Of a stretch of 64,000 nucleotides of DNA, positions 49,554-61,205 are shown one piece after another. The position numbers and the translations under genes are program-made. Position 1 is the first letter of the stretch. Each line of letters opens with the position of its first letter. The DNA comes from Octopus sinensis (Eukaryota): assembly GCF_006345805.1 (NCBI RefSeq), contig NC_043001.1, forward strand, positions 73,656,001 to 73,720,000, written 5' to 3'. The notes beneath the pieces were generated by a model. It saw only the letters and a list, made by a program, of their open reading frames with translations, was not told the DNA's origin and ran no database searches.

Positions 49554-52500
49554 TGATAGAGGACAAGTCATGTGAGAGAATAAGTAAAGGGTCAGAAGGT
49601 TGCAATAGAGATGCATGATGGTAGGATAATGGTTGATGTCAATGAAGGGTGATGCAGAGGACAGGGAATGTTTGTTTATATATTTATATACAACTTCTAC
49701 CATCTGGAACCTGTCTTTCTTTCATTTTCTCCTCACTGCTTTTCCACCTCAACACTCCATCTGCTGTCTATGACATACCCACTTCTCTCTTAACCTCTAA
49801 TGTCTCTCTCCCTTCAGCTTCTCTGGATCTTCATCACCTTCTTTCTTTTTCAATCTCATGTTCCCTTTTGCATCTTCCGCACATAGTTACCTCATTAACA
49901 TGATAGTGTTGGATCACTCTTACATAACCCACTCTTCCACCCTTCTACCTCATCTCCACCTCTCCCCTCTCTCTCATTATAAAGAGAGTAAAGTATGATG
50001 AGAGGAACATATTCATTGTTCTTATCATCATATTTCACCATTGCATCAATTTTTCCTAAAACCATAATCTGTTCTTTTATTTCTTCTTTCAGTGTGGCAG
50101 TTCTTTAGTCTTGCCTGTTATAAGGTAACCCCACTAGTGCTGGTGCCATGGGAAATGAACGCAATACACTCTGTAAAGTGGTTGGGGTTAGGAAGGGCAT
50201 CCAGTTAATTCCAACCACTTTGCTGCCAAAGACACTAGAGCACAATATGGTCATCTGATATATTGAATCATATCAAATCATCCAGCTTATGCCAACAAGG
50301 AAGGTGGACATGAAATGATAATGATGATGACTTGTATGTGAGAGTTATGTATAAATCTCTGTATGTATGTACATATGTGTGTATGTGCATGTGTATGTAT
50401 ATGTATATATGCATGCATATGTGTATATATATGTAGTGAAGGTGCATGACTAAGTGATTGAATTATTTGACTCGGGATCATAAGGTCATGAGCTTGATAC
50501 CTGGTGGTATGTCATGTCCTTGAGAAAGAGACTTTATTTCATGTTGCTCCAGTCCACTCAAAAATGTGTAGTACCTATATTTCAAACAGCCAGCCTTGTC
50601 ACATTCTGTATCACACTGAATATCTTTGAGAACTGTGTTAAGGGGTATGTGTGTCTGAGGAGTGTTCGGCCACTTGCATGTTGATTCCACAAACAGGCTG
50701 TTTGTTTGATTGGATTAACTGGAACTCTTATTGTTGTAATTGATAGAGTGTTGGTCTTTATGTATATGTATATATTTATGCATATGTGAACGCTTGTACA
50801 ACATGATCTCTATGACTAGTATCTAATGACAAGGCAAAGTTAGATGACCAGTAATCATGTGAAGACACAGGATTTACATCAGTGTCCCCCTCCTAGAAGG
50901 ATGTTATGACTACATCTAATGGTCCCTCACTCCTAGTGGTTTTACTGTGTGCCCTGACACCATCCAAGGATATTTCAGATGATTGTCATAACATATGCTC
51001 GTTAACCCATTACTGGGACCCTGACAAGTACTACTACTCTGGGTCAGAGTAGACCTGGGAACTATAATAGCATAGAGATGGTGCCCTACTCCTCAGAACC
51101 CTGGAATGCCCAAATCAGAGCCCCCTACCACATACAGTTTATCACTATATATTCCAGTGTTCTCGAGATGTGTTTTTATGGTGACCTCATTTGTGATACC
51201 ATCTACTGAAAGTCCTCTGCCGATGGGAGAGTGTTGATATGTATAGACATAACCAGTTGGAAGTGCACAGTAAGTTACAAGTTCTGTCTGACACCTATGC
51301 TTCAAACCACGATATTGAATAGTCATCTGAGAGGTCATGGTCAGAAATGCTATCGACAGTGAGGTAGCACAAGAAGACTGCAATCATTTGTGAAGACGGA
51401 GCAATCACCATGTATATACTTATATATATTTATGTATATGTATAATAGCTTATTAATCTCTCCCACACATATTTTCATATCAGGTATCAATTCTTCTCCA
51501 GTGTTCTCTGTTGGTCAGATGTTCTATGTTTCCCTATGTCTGTTGTCAACCTTCAGTTTCTTCTGAAATGTTAGACATCATGTGCACCTGGCCTTCCTTT
51601 TCTTCTTCAGGTTTGTATCCATCTCAGTGCTGCTTCAGAATACTAAGCCTCTGGCTGCTGCAGGTTGCGATCAACCAGTTTAATTCTTTGTTCCATTACA
51701 GGTTCTTGAAGTCTTTGCAATGATTCACTTCTTAAGACTTCTTCCTTTCTGAAGTGATGATGATGATCATCATTTAGTGCTGACCTTTCCATGCTTGCAT
51801 GGGTTAGATGGAATTTATTGTGGCAGGTTTTCTACAGTTGGATGCTCATCCTGTCCCCAATCCCCACTTGTTTCTGAGCAAGGTAGTATCATCCAATAAC
51901 CAGATATGTTTTTCATGGAAGACTGGAAATGAAGAACAACAAATAACATCACTTGTGTGACAGTGATGTTCATTTACAATGATCAAGGGTACAAGCTTCT
52001 TTCAGTTTCTATCTATCAAATCCACCCTCAAAGCTTTGGTCAGCTCACAGTTATAGGAGACACTTTTCTAAGATGCGATGCTGGGGGACTACATGATTGG
52101 GAAGTAAACTTCTTAACCACACAGCCATGATTGCATCTATAATGATCATAATACGAAATTTTTCAAAATTTTATCATGCAACCTGATGAAAAACGTCTTA
52201 CTCTTTGGTGATTTCCAAGGTTTTGTTCTACCTATTGCCTATATGAAACACTGTTGGTTATATAATAGTATTGCACAGGCAAATCTTTTAGGTAGGTGTG
52301 TAGTGTATACACAGAAATTTTTGTATATATTCATTGAAATATTGCTGTTGTCTTTCTGATTCAGTCATTGGACTGCCATGCAAGGGCACCATCTTGAAAG
52401 GTTTTAGTTGAATAAATTAACCCCGTCGTTATGTTTTTTTTTTTTTTTAAGTCTGGAACTTATTCTACTTATCCCTTTTGCCAAACTGCTGAGTTATGGG

Positions 52501-52699
52501 GATGTAAACAAACCACTGGTGGTAGATGTGAGAGTAACAAAGGGAGGATAGAAGTATATGTAGACTAAACATCAACATATTGATTGGGAGAGATCCAAAT
52601 GTAGATATTACACCCTAGTCTCGTCACCTTAATAATTTTTTATCCATTTACAAAAAAAATTTTTAATACTTTTATGGTTTTGGTAAGTTGTTTTTGCCA

Positions 52700-53470
52700 C
52701 AAAGTGCAGGCCTTTGTCAGCTCCTTTGTTTTGTTTAGTTTCTTGAGATCAGTCTTCATTATGTCATCCTGTTTTTCTTGACCATCCTCTCCCACAGGTT
52801 CTATTCATTTTGAACATTTATCAGTTCTTTATGCAACTAACATCCACTATATACACCAAATGCCTATACCAGCATTGTCTTCTCTCTTGCACACTTCACC
52901 TGCTTCTTATATTCCATTTTTCTCAGCTTATTTGTGCATTGTCATTCATGTGCATTAATATTACTCATCCAAAATAGCGTGCTTGCCTCGATTTCTTTCT
53001 ATCAAGCACAAATCCTCTGCATTTGGAGCTCATATCTTGCTACCATGCAGTATCACACTCTGTACCCAAGCATCATGCAATGTACTTTTCACTCCAAGAG
53101 AGAAAGAGATAACCCTTTGTTACCAGCAGAGCTAATTACTTTCAACACTTTTCTGCTCTATCCTTACTCTGGTAACTGTAGATTCAGAACACCTACTACC
53201 ACTGTTAATTAAGTTACTTAGGTAACAAGACCTGTTAACTGTTTCTAGTGAGCCTTCCAGGCATGTGCCACATAAAACTGCCTGTACACCTTCTGTATCC
53301 CTAATTTTCACCTAGTACACTGCATGGAATTCCTACATACTCCTTTTCTGTACAAGCTCGACCACCTTTCCAACAGCTGTCAGGTCCTGTTTTCTTTGAT
53401 GTTAACTAAAACTTTTAAGTTCATTTTGGGGCATCTCAGTTCTGCTTTAATACCTCTTAAGGTCATTGAC
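52700..53470 (-). mobile_element. RTE-clade LINE 3' remnant
   Basis: Minus-strand RVRI...LGVK..LHDAWVQSVILHGSK...AEDL..IERN. Confidence 0.65.
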
Positions 53471-53904
53471 AAAGTGTGAGTGTGTGATATGAATTTTTCT
53501 TTTCACTGCAAATTCTAACATATGTTCTTTTTCATAAGACTTCAAACCAGTCATTAACCAGGTTTTTTTGTTTGAGTTACAAAAGTTCGTGGGATTTGTG
53601 AGTCAGTGTGTGCAATTAAGGAGTTGTATATACTTCTATTCATAAACGTAATGGATGTACATGTCTCTTTAGTACATATGATGTTTTGCAAACAACTTGC
53701 ATGTGCAAGTGCTACCAGTCAAAAACTCTGCATACCGGAAGCCAGCAAGTGTATGGGGTCATCAGGAGAGAATGTGTATCAATGCGAACCGGCCCCCCTC
53801 ATTGATATGAGGCCCCACTTGCTAGATCAACTGGTTATCAAATAAACCTCAATATTATAGTGAATATTTACATTTCTTGTCGATATGACTTTTGAAGATC
53901 CATG

Positions 53905-54051
53905 GGCACTAAGGTAGTTGGAGTGGGCGGTTCACCCTGAGTGGCACCACTTTTGGGTCTGGTGGAGGCAATGCGTGTTTTTTGTGGGGCCCAGCGGCAG
54001 CAAACTGAAGGGCCACTCCGGGCAGCACACACTTTAGCTACGTTAGTGTCC
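53905..54051. mobile_element. Small TIR element (MITE)
   Basis: Imperfect ~15-bp TIR GCACTAAGGTAGTT / AGCTACGTTAGTGTC flanked by CATGG on both sides. Confidence 0.4.
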
Positions 54052-54828
54052 ATGGGGCAAAAAAAAAAAAATCCTTTAGTTGAGAAACGGGCATGGGATG
54101 ATGACAGAAAGAGCATTCGGCCCTAAAATCCTACCTCAATCCATGCTAGCATTTAAAAACGTTGAGCGAACGAAGCTACCTGTATATATGTCTGTATACA
54201 TGTGCGTGTGTAAGTTTATTTATGGAAATATTGGGTAAATTTTCTCATGCATACACACTTCATATCTATGTTTATACATTTTATTTATAGATGTACAAAT
54301 GTGTGCATTTGTAATAAACTCCTTCATCGCATCAACAGTCGGCAATTAGAAAATAAAATGTGAATGAATAAATATCTATGTATAAGACAAAAAACCATTG
54401 GTTGAAATAATTCCTCTTCATTGGCTCCCGTTTATGGTGTGAGAAATTTTGTCATCTTAATTAGATTCCTCATATTTCAGTCGGCACCAAACTCTCCGGT
54501 ACCCACCAATATACTCCACCCCTCTTTAAATGTCAACTGAGTTAATTATATTGACTTCTAATATCGATAAATCGCTGGGTTTATACTCAAATTATATTTC
54601 CATGGTCTTTTGGACACTTTCCTCAGAACACTTGAATTAATGTGTGAATGAAGGAAAGGTGGTCTTCATAAGACAGGTCATTAATGGATCCTTTTCATTA
54701 TTATTATTGTAGTGTAGACAGTAGTTTCTTTCAGTTTATTGTTAAATCTTTATCTCTCTCTCTCATTCTACGTTTACTGTTGAGTGGACTCTGTTATGTA
54801 TTTACTGGTCACCTATCTATATTAGCAG

Positions 54829-54916
54829 ATCACTTATCTGCTATTTCCTGTCAAGTTCGTAAAGTAGCTGTTACCGGTGAGCAAAGTAGGAATCGAAATA
54901 GCCCACTTTCATACAT
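54829..54916 (+). other. Candidate non-coding 5'UTR exon of the plus-strand MGC gene
   Basis: tattagcag acceptor; alternative donors CCG|GTGAGC (54876) and CAT|GTAAGT (54916); lies in a CpG-retaining region. Confidence 0.3.
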
Positions 54917-56424
54917 GTAAGTACACGCACACACACACACTCTGAGATTTCAAATCGCACTTTACAAATGTATATATGTATATGAAGAGATAGAAAGGGA
55001 GAGACAGAGAAATCACTGCCGTGCTGTTTAGTTTTGGGCGTTATGTTTTGGTGTATTACTATTATTATATGCATTTTTTTATGTTCATAAAGCTTATAAA
55101 TTGTATCTATAACAAAGCATCGCATATTTCATTTTTATAGAATATATATCCTGTTGTTTGTCCTTGGACTGAAATATTTTTGTAGCTCACACCCATCACT
55201 TACTTCCTTTCAAACAATACCATTCATATAAATGGTATGTATGTATTATATATACATATATATATATATAATTTCGACGTTTGTGTCCTACTCTAAAATA
55301 AGGGCACTTATTGAAACAGTTTGTGTGTTACAGAATGTAACTGATGTTAGTTTCTAAATAGACAGCAGCTTCCTTCGCTATGTGAGATGCAGACTCATAG
55401 TCTGTAAGACTTTAGAAGTTCTATTTTTATTTATTATTTAAAAAAAAAATTATCCTATATCTTCTATCTACTTTTCCTTCCAGAAATCGTTGCTGATAGC
55501 AATAGCCGACCTCTGTTAATATACTATTTTCTTTCTTTTCCTCCACAGACAACTGTGGCGTTATTCATTTCTTTTATAAAATATATTCCCAAAATTACTC
55601 GTGACTTTGCCTGCCTACCAACTGAAAGATTTCAGATTTTTGTAACTTATTATTTTGTTTTCGTACATAAATCGTCTCCCAGTTAATATATGTGCCTTTT
55701 GCATGTTACTTCGCTCATTGGTGTTTATGTTTTACTTTTCACAAGTTTGTGTCCTTATTTATATTTCCTCTTTGGAATAATCTTATTTAGTGTAAATATA
55801 GTTATATAACAGTTTAGGAAAACTAATTGACGTTAATACGCCCTCCTTCAGTTTTATATACCTTATCACTCCCCACTTCAAGTATTTGTAATTGTTTGAC
55901 AGAAGAGTTTGATGGAATATTGTCCAGTTCGGAAAGGAGTACCTTTTTTTTTTCTTTTTTCCGGGGTGATGTTCGTACAATGTTAGACATTCCTTGTGGT
56001 AGCTGCTCCCTCAGAAATAAATTATATGCTGGAATTTGTCTGGTTGTCGGTGATGGTTTCTTTTCACACTTGTTAATGTTGGAAAACTTCAGATTTTCAT
56101 TTCGTTTTTGTCTCTGTCTATGTCTAAAATCTCCCTGAGATAGCATTGTGTGTGTGTGTGTAGTTTGGAAAGCGTTAGTCTTGTTCGCAGGTTATGATTT
56201 GCCCCACATATGCATTGCATTTTGTTCCCAAGCAAGCTTCTATTTTCCCCTTCCATCTTCTCTTTCTTCTTCCCAGCACACAAACAATCTTGTGTAAACA
56301 CTACTTATAAACGTTAACACTGGGATAAAGACCAATCTTATTGCAAGATGATCATAAGAGAATATTCCTCATTCGTAGCTAACAGATTAGATGTTCAATG
56401 ACTTGATAATCTGTTAACAGTATC

Positions 56425-56449
56425 ATGGGATGTGTACTTATTTCCTGCA
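56425..56449 (+). CDS. First coding exon of an unidentified protein (MGCVLISC + A), predicted myristoyl/palmitoyl N-terminus
   Basis: atcATGG context; GCA|GTGAGT donor; upstream acceptor gctaacag near 56385; phase 1 joins 57184. Confidence 0.55.
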
Positions 56450-57183
56450 GTGAGTGTTTCAAAATAATTTTTTTTTTTACTTGATAAGAGATGCAGCCTT
56501 CCAGTGTTCTCCTTTATTTTAGTTATCTGAATGTTGGATGAAGCATTTGGATTGTTACACCGATCTTGGGAAGCCAAAGGACCTTCACAAATGTCTCAAA
56601 GAGAGTTCTTTGTTGGGAATGTGAAATATTTAGTAAAGAAGTTGATTGCAATGAAGGTGATTTGCATTGAGTAGTTTAGATATTGGTGACATTTGAGAGC
56701 CATTGTAATAGTTATTATAAGAGAGTGGACATACAGTGGGTTATGAATTAAATTGTAGGGGTTTATTGTTGTTGTTGTTGTTATTATTATTATTACTTTT
56801 TTGTACTGACCTTTTGTATCAGTGATCAGCTTGGGTCAAGGGTTGGGGAACATTTTAACTAATTACCCCAAAATATATATATTTACGCCGACGTTACCCC
56901 CTTGATTTGAAAGGAAGAAAATCATAGATTCTTTGGATTCAAAAAGTCTATTGAATCTATATGGAGAATACTATTATAGATATATAAAAAAGTATAAAAC
57001 AAATGCGATAAAATAAATATCCTCATTATGAAACAAGGATCCTTTTAGAAACTTAGAAACTTTGGAGAAATGATGTTTCATTTTTGTTACAATTACATCA
57101 AAATTTGGGCATTTTAATGTCAGAGCAATTTGAATACAGTTTTCGGGGTCCAATCAGTTACTCTTTGTTTTTATGTTCATTAG

Positions 57184-57208
57184 AGTGGAAAGATCCTTGT
57201 TTGCAGAG
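57184..57208 (+). CDS. Second coding micro-exon of the same gene (KWKDPCLQ + AG)
   Basis: ctctttgtttttatgttcattag acceptor and GAG|GTAGGT donor; frame-compatible with 56425-56449. Confidence 0.55.
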
Positions 57209-58056
57209 GTAGGTTGTTGCAAATGGTAGCAACATTTTGACTGCTTCCTCATGCCAGAAGAAAAATTTCTGTCATAACAAGGAACACTTTTTTAAAAAAT
57301 AATTTTACTTATGTCTAATGAGTCCTCATTTCCTTTAAGAATTTCGTTTTTATTCCACTTAGGGTAATTTATCCCGGTTCGCTGACCTCTGGCCTAGGTG
57401 GAGAAGCAAAGCTCCAGCTCGAAGTATTTTGTAAAGGATTAGTTGTTTAGGGTCTTTAGTAATATTTGACTCAAAAGAAGAAACCGAATATTCTTTAATA
57501 CAATTTCAAATATGTTAAATGTAATGACCTAATTAAGGAATTAGTGCATTGCTATTATTATAGGCTGCTAAATATTAACTTAAAAGTTAATAAATGCTGG
57601 CATTTGTAAATGAAGTTTACAGGATAATTTATTCATATTGCCTTTATAAGGCATGCTATAAATCTGAAAAAAAAAGTTTTCTTTCCAGTAAATAATTAGT
57701 TCTTATTGATAAACTCTATTGTAGATAGCCTTTATCTTACTTTTCTTTTTAACTACCAGTTTTAAACTTTGGACAATGACTCTAAATTCAATAACATAAA
57801 AACTTATCAGTTTAGTGTTTTATGGGTACAATATTTTCTCTCTGTACCTCATCGTTTTGTAAATTATATTTAATTATCTTTGATTGATAGCAGTAAATCA
57901 TTTCCAAAATATTTTTTGTGTTTATCTTTTTCCTTTTAACATTAATTATAGTTATTTGAAAAGAAAAACAAGTAAAACAACATATACAAGTTGTGTGTTT
58001 GCGTCTGTATTAAAATACTTTATTAGGGAAAAAGCCATGCAAAGTGGAAGAAGGAT

Positions 58057-58208
58057 GACGTAGCTGTGTGGTAAGTAGCTTGCTTACCAACCACATGGTT
58101 CTGGGTTCAGTCCCACTGCGTGGCACCTTGGGCAAGTGTCTTCTACTATAGCTTTGGGCCGACCAAAGCGTTGTGAGTGTATTTGGTAGACGGAAACTGA
58201 AATAAAGC
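58057..58208 (+). repeat. tRNA-derived SINE family A, best-preserved copy (decayed copies near 2275, 4925-5080, 7470-7610, 10510-10665, 12235, 30125, 44205, 46020, 48305, 52000, 62400)
   Basis: GCTGTGTGGTAAG A box, GGTTCAGTCCC B box, GGCACCTTGGGCAAG body, GGAAACTGAAAGAAG tail. Confidence 0.85.
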
Positions 58209-58949
58209 GAGACTTTATTCCTTCGTTAAATAATACAGTGGACAAAATAAAAGCATCACGAATTCTGGTTTTTTTGGTTCATCCATCGTTTGGATAATTC
58301 GGCACGGGCTGTCTACATGTGCTGCGTTATATTAATTTTGTTCAAGTGATTAACGGCAGGAAAATAACATGGCTCACCTTCATGACGATCATTCAGCCCT
58401 CTTCTCATAGATAATTTGTTACGGCCATTTATAGAAAGAGGGTAGACTCCAGAGTACATTCAGATTAGTTGTTTGAGAATGTATTGTGCGCAATATCTTG
58501 ATATCATGTAATGGTTGTAAATGAGCATCGTCATCATACAAGCAATGTAATCGTCATTACCTGTTTTGGAAACAGGAGATGGTTGGTGACAGGAAGAGCA
58601 TCTGGCTGTAGGAAACCTTCAAAATATTCCATCTGAGCCAGGCAAGCACAGAAAAGTGGCCATGATGATGATATTTATATTATCAGAATTAAAATTTTCT
58701 GTGTAAGGTAGTCATCATTGTAAAATAATGTTTAACTGTTTGCTATGGGTTACTGAGTTGATGATTCTTGTAAATGACATATCTGTAGGGTACTGTTGAT
58801 GTGAAACTTAAGCATATAATTGTGAGATTTTTTTCTTATTGGTTGTTTATGTTCATTTCAATTTGATGGAAGGGACTTTGCCCTGTTCATGGTCTTTGCA
58901 GATTAATGTGGTTACTGTAACTCTTGTACAAGTAGTTAGTCAGTGGCTA

Positions 58950-60250
58950 CGGGAAAAGGGAAGAGAATTCCGGGTGGACTTTATCAGAAGAATGGACTGA
59001 ATGTAGTGGTTAGTGCAGGTCCTGGGCCGTTGGACACATTATATGTGATGAGAAGAGACTTGAGTGAGTTGAGAATGTCCAAGAGGAAGTAGTATGTGAC
59101 CAGTCAGATGTGAGGAGCAGAGGTCATTATAGTTGTAGTGGTGGTAGGAAAGGTAGAAAGAGGGAACAGCATATCTGTAGGCCAGAGGTTGGAATGTCTG
59201 TGTGTCACTTTAGGCCAATTAAATGGCTAACTTTTGGGTGTGGTTGAAGATAATTGTGTGTAGCATTAGCATCATTTCAGATGTAGAAGCAGTATTCCAT
59301 TGTTAATGTCACCTAAGCTTTATAAAAAGTTAGTAATTGCTTGGGACCAAAAGGAGGGCCAACCTTTGCTATGTCAAGGATGTGTGTTTGCTTGAAGAAA
59401 TCGTTAGTAATGATGAGGTCCAGCATTTGTAGAAAAAATTGAGTGGATTCTAGCTGCATGCTCATGTTTTGGAGTGGTTGTGTGATGTTTTAATATATGT
59501 AGTTGTCTTTTTTTGTTGTTGAGGGAGACATAATTGGCATGACTCCATTAGGAGATGTTTTGAGCCAAAGCAGATTTGGTATGATGTGTCTAGCTTGCAT
59601 TTGGATGACAGTTGTGTGCAGAAGGTTTGGGAGAATTGGAAGATATCTTCTGTGTAGGGATGAATGTTATTGCTGGTGATTGCAAGTAGGTCGTTGATGT
59701 ATAGGACAAAGAGTGTGAGGGTGCAGAACTAAATCTTGAGGAACATTAGTGTTGAAGGCATAGTGAGTTGGAGCTCTATTAGTGCACACCATGATAGCAC
59801 AGACTGACAGGAAGTTGCTGATTTGATGGTTAAGAAATGGATGAAGTCCACAAGTGAACCAGAAGGTTTGTGTTAGACCTTTCACAAAATTTCTAGAGGG
59901 TGAGAGACTCCTGGTGAGTGTCATCGGAAAGTAGGTCTCTAGTAGATCTGACTTTACAAAAGCAGTACTGGTAGTCAATTATGGAGTAAATTGAAGGGTT
60001 GGAGAAGGTTGATGTTAATGGTTGCCTCTGTCAGATGTTGGAGTGAGTGTGATAGGATTATGGTTGGAAGGGTCAGAGGATGTTCTTGTCTAAGAATGTA
60101 ATATAATGTAGCATGTTTCTTAAGGTCTGGCACAATCTGGGTGCATTTGGCACCAAGCACTAAGGAGATTGTCATTTGCTTGCTAAAACTAAGAAGACCT
60201 CTTGAGCCCACATTGTGTTCATTCATTTGTCAATCACTTTACAGAGTATA
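58950..60250 (-). mobile_element. CR1/L2-group LINE RT remnant
   Basis: Minus-strand NVPQD.VL.PTLFVLYINDLL...IHPYTED and QLLTFYKA...MEYC, with frameshifts and stops. Confidence 0.75.
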
Positions 60251-60981
60251 CTGAGTGTACTTTGTCATTGTAGCAGCACTAGTGAGATTGCCTTTTCATT
60301 TGCTTGAAGTTTTTCCATGTTGTCTATAAGTATAGATAAGAGACTGAGAATGTTTCACAAGCCAACTTTCCTCAGATCAGAGTTTCTAAACCAAGGTGAA
60401 TTTACTCCTAAATGCTAATTTTAGCCTATCCTTTGAATAAATTTGCCGTTCTGAATTTGTACATAGTTTTTTCAATTGAATATTTTTTACAAAATCTGAA
60501 GTTGAAAAGCAAATTTAAAGTAGGCCTCTATTGTGGAAAAAAAATATTAATTTTTTTCTATCACTTTGGATTTAACAACTTGTATTGTTTACATCTTAAT
60601 AACTGTGTTACTGATGTAGTCTAATTTAGAAGACAACTGTGTTTGGTTCTGTTATCTGTTCATTAGGTGCAATGAGTGAAATAGCATTGTGCTATTTTTA
60701 CTGTCATTGTTATTGGAGCTTTAATATAATGTGTAAAAACAGAATTTTAAATTTCCTTTTTGTCAATTGTTTTATTATGGTTGAAGTGTAAACACAATTT
60801 ATTGAATAAAAAAGAAAATGGGGGTAAATTTACTTCCAAGAAGTTGCCAGTGGGTAAATAGAAAAAAAAATGTTAGGGATCCTGTCCTAGATATGCTGCA
60901 AGAAAACAATGTCTGCTGTCCTTTCTCCTAAATTGCTTTTATTAATTACATTGTCTTTATATTTGAAATATTGCTATTTAT

Positions 60982-61205
60982 TTAACCTTTTTGATATCAA
61001 CCTCCTGGTTCTTTGATACATACTCTCAGTTTTAAAGTAATCTAAATTACAAACCTTCCATCAAAATTTCATGCTAATTTATGTTCCAAACACCAGTTTA
61101 ATAATGACAATGTTATTTTACTAAATTCTTCCTTATTCTATTTTTAAAATTAATTGAAACAAAGGTAGAGTATTTCAACAGAAATATGGTAAACAAACGG
61201 GTTAA
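60982..61205. mobile_element. piggyBac-type MITE
   Basis: TTAA-CCTTTTTGATA...AAACGGG-TTAA; related copy near 12920-13133. Confidence 0.6.

Noticed and set aside
52180-52200. CTGATGAAAAACGTC
   Set aside because: No stem II or stem I; chance motif.
60329-60396. Possible exon KRLRMFHKPTFLRSEFLNQ of the MGC gene
   Set aside because: Open only in phase 1, whereas the preceding exon ends in phase 2; weak acceptor.
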